Positions 52,415 to 64,000 of a stretch of DNA of 64,000 bases are shown here, piece by piece. Source of the DNA: Marsupella aquatica (lineage: Eukaryota; Plantae; Marchantiophyta); NCBI GenBank assembly GCA_973895155.1, contig OZ316897.1:8393832-8457831 (forward strand), in the 5' to 3' direction. Positions within the stretch are counted from its first letter, which is position 1. Each line of letters opens with the position of its first letter. The translations under genes were made by a program, and so were the position numbers. The notes beneath the pieces were generated by a model. That model did no database searches and had not been told where the DNA came from. It saw only the letters and a program-made list of their open reading frames with translations.

Positions 52415-53452
52415 TATTTTAGTTCCAGGGCCTCCTCGCCTGGCCTGGGCTGACAACCCCTCATAAACTCGATTAGACCCACGAGTTCAGGCCAGCTCCA
52501 AACACGTTTGGGCAGGTGCTGGTGATAACATGAGTAACTAGTGTTAGATAGTTTGACTAACAAGTTTATCCCAGGGATTCCATACAGGTTTTCAGCTTTC
52601 AGCACAGGCAGCTGTCCATCAGGGCTCCCTTGTCGTCTCTTTGTTCCCTCATTAAACTAGTATTTTAGTTCAATGGCTCACCTGGCCTGGCAGTCCCTCA
52701 GACATCACTTCATTGGCCCCATGAGTACAGTCCAGCTCTAAACACGTTTGGGCAGGGCTGGTGATAACATGAGTAACTAGTGTTATCTAATTTGATTAAT
52801 TAACAAGTTTATCCCCAGAGATTCCATACAGGTTTCACCAAAGGCAGCTGTCCATCACGGCTCACTTGTCTTCACTTTGTTCCCTCAATAAACTAGTATT
52901 TTAGTTCAATGACTTACCTGGCCTGGGCGCCTGGCAACCCATCAGAAATCACTCCATTAGCCCCATGAGTACAGTCCAGCTCCAAACACGTTTGGGGAGG
53001 GCTGGTGATCACAAGAGTAACTAGCGTTATCTAATTTGATTAAACAAGTTTATCCCAGGGATTCCATACAGGTTTTCAGCACAGGCAGCTGCCCATCATG
53101 GCTCCCTTGTGCTCACTTTGTTCCCCCATTAAACTGATATCTTAGTTCAATGACTCACCTGGCCTGGCAACCCATCAGAAATCACTCGATTACAGTCCAT
53201 CTCCAAACACGCTTGGGGAGGGGCTGGTGATCACAAGAGTAACTAGCGTTATGTAATTTGATTAAACAAGTTTATCCCAGGGATTCCATATACGTTTTCA
53301 GTACAGGCAGCTGTCCATCACGGCTCCCTTGTCCTCTCTTTCTTCCCCCCATTAAACTGATATTTTAGTTCAGTGGCTCACCTGGCCTGGCAACCCATCA
53401 GAAATCACTCGATTATATTAGCCCCACGAGTACAGTCCAGCTCCAAACACGT
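52415..53452. repeat. ~225-246-bp tandem repeat, ~4.4 copies
   Basis: Units begin tat(t/c)ttagttc at 52415, 52661, 52897, 53138 and 53361. Conserved blocks: cctggcctgg, ccaaacacgtttgg, acaagtttatcccagggattccata, aggcagctg. Confidence 0.95.
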
Positions 53453-56400
53453 CAGGGGCACGGGTAAACTGTGTCCAATTACTGGTAAGAATTTACCAGG
53501 CAGTGCAGGCGGCCAGGGGAGGTGCAGAAGCCATAAAACGCAGTCCTACAGTAAAGGTGTCCGCCATGCCTAGATTTGGCTCTGATACGGTACTGTTGCA
53601 CAGGAATCAAATCACGTCGCCCACTTCGGAAAGGACTTGTCGCCCATTGATCACTGAAGATCTACGGTGGCCCAAATGCAACCATGCTGTACCACGTCAC
53701 TCGAGACAAGTCCTGCCCGGGTCGTACGCAGCAGAGTGGGAACGCAGTACGAGAGTACAGTCCTTTCCGCGTAACTGCGCCGGAGGACCCAGTCGACTGC
53801 ACTGGGCTGGCGTTTCGGTAGTCATCATCAATTTGGTTTCCCTGATTAGAATAGAATAGAATAATGGGGTAATGGCGGAATAATTTATTGTTGTGAGGGG
53901 GGGGGAGGCAGCGGAGAACCTATTTTGGAGAATCTCTTCGTCTTTACCGTCGGGCAAGGAGATCTTTTCGTGGAGTGCTATTTCGGGCAAAAAGGGAAGA
54001 TCCTTCCAGCTTCTGAATTGTGTGAGCAGAGCCCAACGACACTCGAGTAACACCTTTACTAGTCAGCAGCGCCTTCGCAAATATCTCAGGCTTTTCGTTA
54101 TTAATGCCTTCAGCCCAAGAATATGTCAGCAAATATCCCCCGAGCCCCAACAGTAACAAATATCCTCTGAGCAAAGGAGTTCCAATTTTTGCCTTTATTC
54201 TTTGTTGTTTTATTTTTGTGCAAAAAGAAACCCAATCCGTCCTTTCGAAACGGTTAGACTCGATGTCCTTGTACACTGCAATTAGTCTTGTTAACACTGT
54301 TTGGATAATCTAAATCTTTTGGTTTTCCTCTTCAATTCACAATACCAATTTCAAGCACACATTAAGTAACATTGGTGATTCTTTTTTTAGATAACTACTG
54401 ATAGTTGCTTGCAAGTCCCATTTCAAAAACAAATACAGTGCTTCATACAAGCAACTTCAAAAAAGCATAGTCAGTGGATTCCAATGCACATATACGAAAG
54501 ACCTTGCTCTCTCACCTTTGACACATAGGGAACAGAGTGCGCTTCATGCACCCAAGATCATTAGAAAATGAAAAGTTACAGCCTCAACAGGTTACACTAC
54601 TTGCCCAACAATGTCAACACTGATCAGGAGTAGGAATTGACAAATATGAATTGCTCTAGTTTACTAAATTCCAGCCCAAAATAGTTGTAGCTCCACTCTT
54701 AAGCTAGCATTATCAACATTAATTAGAGACAAGCACTACTTCCTAGATATGACCAATTATGGTGAACAGTTTATCCCCAATGGAGTCACTAGCAAGTTTA
54801 GATTGAAAAGAGAATGGGTTCAAGTGTGTTTTGGAAGCAATTTTTGGAAGTCCATTTCACTTTTGTGAAGACTTACTGCATAATTTGTTCAGGCACCCCA
54901 ACCAACTGTGCTGGTTTTGGGGAAAATGCTGGTTTTGGGGAAAGCCTGACAATTTATTTTAGATAACTTTTAGATGTCCCTTTGAGTCCACATAATTCCA
55001 ACAGGTTCTGTATTAATTTTTCCAGGCACCAAAATCACCTGTAAATTGCTCATTTTGAGAAAAGCTGTCAATTTATTGGGATAACTTTTAGATATCTTAT
55101 TGAGTTCGCGTTTTCGAACATGTTATCCATCTATATCCAATCTAATACTCGACATTGTTTAAAAATTGTTGGAGATCGTTTACTTTATTTTCACGAAAAC
55201 AAAAATAAATAACCTGATCAATCAGGTTCCAACGTTCATGAGAATGGTCCATTCAAAGCATTGCTTTCTTTGAGTGCCCAAATGATATCGTTTAATAGTT
55301 ATTTGAAACTTTTACATTTTGTTCTTTAAAGAGGATAAGTATAATTACTGAAGCTTCGATTAGACGATTACTCTAAATTGTCCTTGACTCGTGTGCCATG
55401 TACCTTCACCCCTAATAAGGGAACACTGCCGTTTGAAGAGTACTCGAGAATCATTCATTTATTTGAGTCAGTCATACGAGACTACGAGTGTCATGCCTGT
55501 CCTCTACCTCTGAACAGTCCCCCTCCAATGAACAACAGATAATTTCCATTATCCTAGAGTTGCTAAGATTATTCTATAGGCATTGATGAAACATCAGATT
55601 GTCAAATCCTAGTGGATGCTTTTGATTCACGTGTCTTAGACCATACCTTGGCCACTAATCAAGGAAGCTGGGGAGGTCACTGAATTCATAATTATTAAGT
55701 TGTTCATCATGATTCATCTACCATGTACAGTGCCTTCCCCCGCAATTCCACTGAAAAAAAAGGTTCGCGGTCCATAAGCCAGTACACTGAAGACTGAAGT
55801 AGTGAAGTCACCTTGGGACACTATTATGACGTTTGCACGCCCCACCCTCCCAAGTCACACCTTGTAAAATGTTATCAGCCTTTAAAGAATTTTTTACTCA
55901 TTAATTTTGCCTAACTTACACCTAACCAAATCACGAAAAAGATATTTGAACATTGGATAGTTATCGGGTTTTTAGTTATAGCATGTTCGTTCTAAGACAG
56001 AGCTATTTTAATTATTGACAATAATGTTAATTGTATCCTATGTAAATATCAAATAGCAATTATAGCATAGTATTCAAATGCATTAAAACAGGGAATTAAA
56101 TAAATAAATAGAATAAAAATACACACCTTTAAAGTGAAAGAAATTACCGTACTTTTTAGGTGAAAAATAAATACATAACTTATAAGTCAATGTACCTTAG
56201 AGGTGTAATATTTTGTGGTAGACAGAAATGTATGTTAACTTTATACTCTAGCTTAAGTTTGTACTCTACTTTTAGGCCCTATCGAAGGCCCTATTGAAAG
56301 ATTCACTATTTAGGAGACACCTGTTAGCCTCTAAACAGGTGGAAAGTTTTTCACCAATGGACATATAACCTACAGGGTATCTCTGGTTTTTGTGCTGAGT

Positions 56401-57579
56401 GCATCCAGGTGAGTCTGACCATCTCGTGCAATAGAGGATGAATTGCAGAAAAAAAATCTCATCAAATACATGATAAGCTATCACAATAAAATATATCAAA
56501 TCAAATGAAATCATAAACTTGAAATAATTAAAGGGGTTAGATAATTTGTTAAATTCATACCAATACAAAGTGGAATGATACACTAGGCCAGATTTAAAAG
56601 AAAATTCAGAACTCATATTTCTAATAAGACAAAATAAGGTAGAAGGTGTTCGCCATATAGCAATGCCCAAAAAAATTGGGTTTTTCGTTATAACATCCAA
56701 GTAGAGATACAGGGAACATTCCTGGCCAGCAAGTTATGATGTTGGATTGGCATGTAAGGTCCCCTATAAAACGATATATTAAACTCTCAATTTGTAGACC
56801 TGGTATAGGCATAGAGTGGGACTGTACATAGATAATACGAGTATAGGTAAGTAAAACCTTGAAAGTGCTGGATTGCCATGGATTGTGACGCCTTTATATT
56901 TCACTCATTGACATCTTTTCCCAACAAGTTTTCAAAGTCATACAGTAGTTTTATTTTCAATATCTCCCTTGATATTTAACAGAGTTGGGTTGTAAATATA
57001 CTTTAAAGAAGTCTACTATCTCTAATTTTCAAGAAAAATAGTTAGTTATTTTTAAAATCACTTCACCATTCACTGTCCAAAATTTGGGGGTGGTTCCTAC
57101 AGTTCCAATGGAATCTTTAGGAAAAACTTTGCTCTTTATATCTAATGGAATGGAATGGAATATGAGTTTTCAGATTTTCCAGAAAGGGCCTGCCACCCTA
57201 TAATTATCCTATTTGATTGAGACAGGTATACTATTCAATCATATACCTGTCTCCTTTTCTTGACATATTTCACACAGGGGTGTAATTTGTACTACATGAG
57301 CAGGGTATTGCTTCAATCTCAGATTACAAAAGGATATCCTAAGATTTTGGCAAATCCAGGCTTAAAATTTGGGCTAGGCTTCATTTATGTTAACAAAAAC
57401 CACTAGAAACTATGCTTTGTTTTATGCTAGCGCTCTCAAAAGTACCTACACAAACGAACAATCTATCCAAGTGAGAGTAAGTGTACCTGAAAATGGCAAT
57501 AGGAGAATTGGGATTTTTCATTATTATAGAGTAGTTAGAGCTGGTAAAGTAGGCCCGTGCCACTGAACTGGTTTGACAT

Positions 57580-58340
57580 TGATCACAAAATGCAATCTCA
57601 ACTCTCAAGGCAAACCAACTCCTCTAATTGTATTCATCCCGGCAGGGCACCCTTCAGCTGGTTTTTCATTGCCACAGAGCAAGCCCAGGCCCTGAGGTAC
57701 CATGTCCCTGGTTTATGTCCCTGGTTGCCCTGTCCATAGCAATTTACCGATGCCCTGCTCTCGCCCATCACCATTGCAATTTTTCTTGTTCCCACACCGC
57801 CCTGACCGGCAGCCCATCGCATAGCACCCATCGTAAAATTGCCCCCAAACAAGGCCATCACCTGAACCTGCCCATGAATGTGTCAAACATGTTGAATCAG
57901 ACGCTAATGCTCTACACCTTATGACCTAGTATATGTGGCTATGACTAGGTATGCATTCACATTTGTGGCCAAATGGCGGACAAGTTCAATGTATACTTGT
58001 GCACATCTTATCTTGCTTTCTACAAGAACTTTTAGGGGGTCAGTGCTAAGGTCTGCATTCCAATTCCAAGTTCCCAAATTAAACTCATTGGGTTGCAACG
58101 GCGGACCCTTTGCCGGTAGCAAATGAAACCACCCTCAATCCTTAGACCATACTGAAAGCTGTACTTAGCATGAATGACGAGCGCACAAGGCCAGCTGCAG
58201 TCAAGGTTGGATGTTTGGGTCAGGCAGAACCAACATTTGCAAATTTGCAATGGAGGATGCTGCTACTCCACGAGGCATGCCCCCGTCCAACTGAGGACCT
58301 GACAGCTCTAGACTTGTGTTCAAATATTCAGATACATATA
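57580..58340 (-). pseudogene. Decayed coding-like relic of unknown family; a similar relic lies at ~60315-60660
   Basis: One minus-strand frame runs ~135 codons (VSEYLNTSLELSGPQ...GWFHLLPAKGPPLQPNEFNLGTWNWNADLS...YLVIATYT) with only three internal TGA/TAA stops. After an intron-like gap comes a Cys/Gly-rich segment, GDGLVWGQFYDGCYAMGCRSGRCGNKKNC. No family recognised. Confidence 0.3.
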
Positions 58341-58698
58341 TATATTTCCCCTACTCCATCCAAGGCCCACTGAAAGTGTCTCTTTACAGAAAATGGCTGC
58401 TAATGCAGTTAATATTGCCTGGAAAAAATGAGAATGAATCTAGAGGGCACTTCAAAAGACCACCTCATAAGCGGTCTAATTTGCCCACACTACACTACAC
58501 ACAAACATTTTGGGGGAACTACTGTAGTCCGTGTATCTATAACTGGGAGATGTCCATTACTAGTGCCCTCTACATTTCATCTAAACCTGCATGTAAAGTC
58601 AAAATGGATTGGTCCCTTGATATGAACTGTAATATCAAAATTTTGGAAGTGCCCTCTTTAAGTAAAGTCCCTTCTCCGCTTGGTAATCACTAGTCTTA

Positions 58699-59019
58699 GG
58701 GCCGTCTTGCATGTGCAAGGTCCTTTGATTTTTGGCCCTCAAATGAACCCGTGGCATCTATAACGAAGCGACAAGCCGGCAGTCCTGATGGCATCTTTGG
58801 AGGATATGCAAGGGCAAGGGCCGGAAATTTTCTGGCCCTTGCGGTCCCAAATTTTGAACTTTGAATAAAACAAAATGGTAGTAGATCCCTGACTCAATAA
58901 GCACTTCACACATAAGGTGTTCTTGATTGTGTTTAAATCCTGGGTCCACACTTTTTCCCTACATGTGCGGGCTGCTAAGGGTGGCATTCTTCAGGACTCT
59001 TGCACATGCAAGACAGCCC
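58699..59019. mobile_element. Tourist/PIF-Harbinger-type MITE, 321 bp
   Basis: 21-bp TIRs GGGC(C/T)GTCTTGCATGTGCAAG. TTA TSD at 58696-58698 and 59020-59022. Internal hairpin gcaagggcc...ggcccttgc. Confidence 0.9.
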
Positions 59020-62000
59020 TTAGTGTTCAACATATATCAGAGTTGCACTTAAGTTCACCCAAAAATAACCAATTAAACTAAATTGTCACCCAGTGCTGAA
59101 ATTAGATGTTCCAAAAACAGTTGGCTGGAAATATAAATGGGGGCAACTTTTGGATATCCGGAGGAAATTCCAGACACTACAGCCTCAAAAGCATTCCTTG
59201 AGTCAAAATGTTCCCAGCGTCAAAATGTTCCCAGCAATGATGTTTTCTTATGATATAGTGCTAAAATGTGACCTTCCAAAAACAGTGGGCTGGAAAAACA
59301 TGGGGACTATTCCTGGAAATGGAGAGGAAATCAAATACTAGACACGTAGCATAAAAACCTCGACATAACTATACATGTTCCGCAGAATGATGTGTTCTGT
59401 CGAAAAATGCAGCATACACATCGCTTAGCCAGCTATAAACAGAACTACCCGACAAACTGGAATGAGAAACTTTCTGACTCAACAAAAACTAGACGGTCAC
59501 CCCTAAAAGTCTGGAAGCAAGTTAAAATAACTTTGAAGTTCGAACAATCGAACCAAGTTATGGCTGGACTTCTACTCTAATGACGTCATGGGTGTGGTCC
59601 AGGTGAACGAAATGTAGTCTGATCAGGTTTTATGGCAATCAGAAATCGCCACATCATTTTCTCCATCAGTCCTTAAACAACATTTACTGATGCTCTACCA
59701 AAGTCGTTGATGTGGGCCACTGAGCAAAAATGTAGGCTGGTCAGCTCTTATTGCAATCAGAAATCGACACATATCATTAGTAGCTCTACCAGCTATGGAG
59801 TACTGCTGTAGATCCTTAGATAATTGCACAACTCACGTACGAACTGTTGTTGACATAACTTTCATGCACAAGTTTCGGACGAAGTTTATATTACTATATA
59901 AGATTTTTAAACCTTTCTCCTTTTTAGCCCAGGGCTGCAAATGTCACCTTTTTGTGAAGGGGAAGATACTACTAACATTCCTTATCTACCTTTCCTAGAT
60001 TTAAGGATAACTGGCAAACTTCCCGCCAAAAGTGGGGTAGTCTTTTCAGTGAGAGGTGGAAATTGGCTAAGTTTTGCCACTTGAAAAATAAATTTACACA
60101 CAACTTCAGATGAGACATAGCTACGATATGCGGTTTTCCCCCTCCATTTCAAATATTCAAAGCATTTTATTATTATTTTATTCTCTGTCCCCCTCCTTGA
60201 CACCGAACAGTCTATAGATTGCTGTTGTGTATGCCCCTGTTTACCAACTTGAACTGGCTTACAAAGAGCTTTCAGGACGTCATGTTTAGGCTTGACGCAA
60301 CCATCACCACTAGTTTTAAACTATGAAGTGATGAGTAAGAGAGCTGCTAGACTGCAGAGTTGTAGTCTCCAGGCCAAACATTTCCATGCAGGTTTCCCTT
60401 TTATTTTGCCTTTTTCTAAGTATGCTAAACTTGAGGGTGCAGTGGGGGACAGGATAGTCCAACAGAGTGTTGACACTTCACATGACCGTTTCCCTGACAG
60501 ACTCCTCATTCGCTCTGCCATTGTGCTCTCTCTATATATGTACTCTCTTTTTCTCTTTATGCAGCAGGCACAACTACAACAACAGACCAGTGTCCACACA
60601 ACGTCTTCCAACCAAATCCGAGAATTATTCCTTGGAACCCAAATTTGTATCAAAACGTTAAGGTCTAAAAAGATTCAGACAAACTCTCCTACAACACATT
60701 GGTGTCCATTTGGGTCATGTCATTTAGAATTTAGTGTTCTGTCTGTTCTAGTTAGCTGCCATTGCTCACAGAAGGTGAAGACATGAGTATTTACTTCATC
60801 ACAATTCTGAATGATATCTACGGTGCACCTGTCTCTGTAAATGCAAAATTTTCTTGACATTCAGTTTCACAACAAGCACACTCTAACAATTACAATATTC
60901 ATTGTGGCAAGTGGGGTTCTGAGTAGCTTTGCACAAAACCTCATCCCAAAGTGAGGTTCACCAAAGTCTATACACAAAAGACTTTGACACTTGGAATGGA
61001 AATTTTTCGAGTCACCTTCTCACTACAAAATAGAATTGAGAGGAGTACAGCGTGATACCCAAGAGGTTGCAGTTGGCAGCATCTTAGAGTGATACCCAAG
61101 GGGTTGCAATAATGAGCTTCCCAGGAGCCGTCACCTGAATCCTTGCTGCCTCATGTTCTACTTTTAGCTCAGATTTTTTGTTACACTTTTGCACTTTTGC
61201 ACTTGAATGAATTCTCCGTGGGGAGAGAGATTCTTGTGAACCTTTTGTTTTTCATTTTTTAAATACAAAGTTGTTTTGAAAGTTGCCACCTGAACTTCGA
61301 ACTTGAGTAAACTGGGTCGCCCAATCGGCAACAACATTAGATTTTTATGAGGTTTTTCCTAGTCAACTGCTGCTTTAGATTCCATGCCCTATGCAACTGA
61401 CCACCCGTTACATTTTTTTTGTCTATACACACATTAAAAATGTTACATCCAGAGTCATCAGGAGTCACAAAAGGATTGAAAATAAAATAATATCTTTTTA
61501 GGTCGTGGACTGCCCTTGTGAGTTCTCCTTGTAATTTTTATTCCTAAAAATATAAAAATGCTTCTTCTACAGCAAAGAACCATTTCTTTTGGACTTGTGT
61601 GGTTTTTGGTCTTGAGGGGAAGTTTCACCCACCATTTTTTGCCTTTATTGGCTTCATTCAACAGCAGGTGTCACTTGATCAATGGAGGGGTCAGACATTC
61701 TCTGTGCTTTGGCGGGTAGAGCCAGTTGGGATTAGAGCTTCGAATCAAATAAAATTCTTGACCTTCTTGTGCAGTTTCCTTTAGAGGTGTACCAGACTTT
61801 TCTGTTTGTAGCTTAGTAGGCCTCTAGTCCGTGTTCTTTGGTTGTCACTTGGAACTCTTGGGTTTTTTGGCTCCCCGGTCGTCCCTTTTGTTGTTGTTGC
61901 TTTTCCCTCCTTTATTGGGTTTCTTGCCTTGGTCTTTTGTCTCCAACTGGTAGGGCACCTTTTGTTCTTTGCAATATTTTATCTTAAGGATAGAAAGAAT

Positions 62001-64000
62001 TATCAAAAATTTGGAATCCTCAATTTCTTCATAAATTTCAATATTGTACTGTTTTATTCAAAATGAATATCGTTCTATTATAGGGACAATGTAAGAGAAG
62101 CCCCATGAGACACAAAGCCTCTTGTAGAGACTCAAATGGACACCCTATACCGGGCCCTATACCCATGATGTAACAAAACAAGAGCAAAGTATTATGAAAA
62201 AAGTGTAAAGAATGTTATTGGAGCCTAACTTAATGTTTGGCTCGTCCCTATCAGGTCCATCCAATCACCTTGTCACACCTGTATGCATATTTGGGCTTTT
62301 TTTTCTTCCAAAGTGGGAGGAGGGCGACATTGAGAAATGGGGAGAAATGTCGCCCCCCCCCCCCCCCCCCCCCCCTTGTTAACTTTCATTTTCTATAAAT
62401 CCCTGTACTAAGGAAAATTAGTTCGAGTACCCAAGGGCAGTTGTAGTGATTATGAGGGCATCTCTGACCGTTCGATCTGGCCATTGGGTGCAGCTACAAT
62501 AGTCATATCATCAAGATCGAACCTGAGTTACTTTTGTTAAGCCAGAAACAAAATCCATGGCATTCTACTGAATAGAAAAAAAACAATGGCAAGGTACGTA
62601 TTATGCCACAAAAGAGTGGCAATACAGTAAATCCCCAGAAATTAAAATAGTTCTAAGTCAAGTCATTGCACTTACCCGCTCAAATAGTAGGGAAAGGTGG
62701 TGTTCAATGATTATGTTGGTGGTGGAACTTGAGGAAATAGGAACACTAAAACATCCATAGGGACAAACACCCATGGAACCCTGAAGCTTAGCCAAAAGTG
62801 GTGAATGATTCTGCCCGAGGTGCAATTTGTTGAATTTGAAAGACTAAAAAAAAACCTGAAAGGCATAGCCCCAAGGCACAAACATCCCATGGAACCCAGA
62901 CCTGCCCATACACCCTCTTCCCCTCCCTCCAGATGTAAGAGTATGCCACCAAGAAGGTTTTGACTCTTAATTATGGACCCCCATGGTAAGCTTCTTCCAA
63001 ATCCTCGGAAGCACATGCAGTCACATGAGCACTACTAGCCACAAACGAGAAGGATTAGTTAATGAAGAAGAACCAAATGAGATTATTTGTGTTTGAGGCA
63101 AGGCAAAGAAAACAGTTGAACCTATAACTTACAAAATAATGGAAAACAGAAAAGTTACATTCCTAAAGAAGAATGAAGGTGTAAAAAGGGGAGAAGAAAA
63201 TAACCTTTAGATGGGTTGTGATTGAGATATCAATGTTTTCCGGGTAATTGTTTGAAGTTTGACTTTCTATATAATGGACAATTTTCTTTAGAATGAAACT
63301 CTTAAGCTACTCTAACTTTTAGCAAGGTAAGGTAAGAAAGTTTTTTGGCCACCGTGGATAAGGATCAACAAGAGAACATAAGGAACGCTTCAACTACTAT
63401 GGACAAAGGAGTAACAAGGAATGTAAAAAATCCTTTGACTACTATGGACAAAAGGATACCATCCACAATCATAATAAGGGATCCCGCCTTTTTTCATCCT
63501 TCGTCCCAATACAAAAAAAACTCCTGGGCGGGAATGATCCATAGCCATTGGATTCTATTAGCTATTTTCACTGACCACTGATGGAAAAAATGTGCACCCC
63601 TGGCGCATATGTGCTTCCCGCTGCACCACAAATGCCCCAGACCGACTCTCTATGGGCGGGCCCTCGCACCCTTGCACAGTGCTAGGCACTGGCATAGGGC
63701 TTGTGGTGATATAAAAAACCCTTCGGCTACTATGGGCAGAAGAACATTTTGGAAGGACTATATGGAATGTTACATGGACTGTATGGAATAGAGGTACCAG
63801 GGTACGCTTTGCATGGACTCTTACCATGAAAAATCTCCGCTTTGTCTTCAACTAAATTAAACATATCCAAACTCTTTAAAATGCACTTCATTCAAAATCC
63901 TCTATTGAATCTTTGTTATCTCATCTCTATATTCAAGCCTATGCCAATTTGTTATTTTTCATCGCTCCACCTGGTTGGATAATATCAAGCTTACATAACC

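Noticed and set aside
52912-52921. U1 snRNA 5' end (ACTTACCTGG)
   Set aside because: Only 10 nt match, in one unit of a tandem repeat. No U1 stem-loops or Sm site follow.
56272-56700. 142-aa hydrophobic ORF
   Set aside because: Its F/I/Y/N-rich composition is expected from AT-rich DNA; no true ATG start and no motif.
61021-62448. CACTA element (cactacaaaa ... ttgtagtg)
   Set aside because: The inverted match is only 8 bp, with no matching 3-bp TSD or subterminal repeats.

Overview
Eukaryotic land-plant nuclear DNA with GT-AG introns. The repeat types and a miR536-like site point to a non-flowering plant, probably a bryophyte such as a liverwort; this is inference. Three intact spliced genes were reconstructed by hand: (1) a 10-exon PH + OSBP-domain oxysterol-binding-protein-related gene (+, 636-6837, 804 aa); (2) a 3-exon SOUL/heme-binding gene with a signal peptide (+, 13233-15759, 238 aa); (3) a 6-coding-exon ABI3/FUS3/LEC2-type B3 transcription factor (-, about 36138 to 30587, about 922 aa). 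The B3 gene lacks recognisable B1/B2 domains, has an apparently long uORF-containing leader, and has a near-perfect miR536 complementary site about 840 nt past its stop codon. The rest is repeat-rich intergenic DNA. It contains an intronless, internally deleted PMT (Methyltransf_29) pseudogene between diverged direct repeats, a 5'-truncated L1 LINE just upstream of the B3 gene, a 5'-truncated CRE-like RLE retrotransposon with a duplication of at least 26 bp, two Tourist/PIF-type MITEs with TTA TSDs, MULE and L1 relics, several minisatellite or satellite arrays, and hairpins. No tRNA, rRNA or CRISPR array was recognised. I found no clear multi-gene novel system. The best leads are the miR536/B3 regulatory module, the PMT retrocopy and the RLE element.
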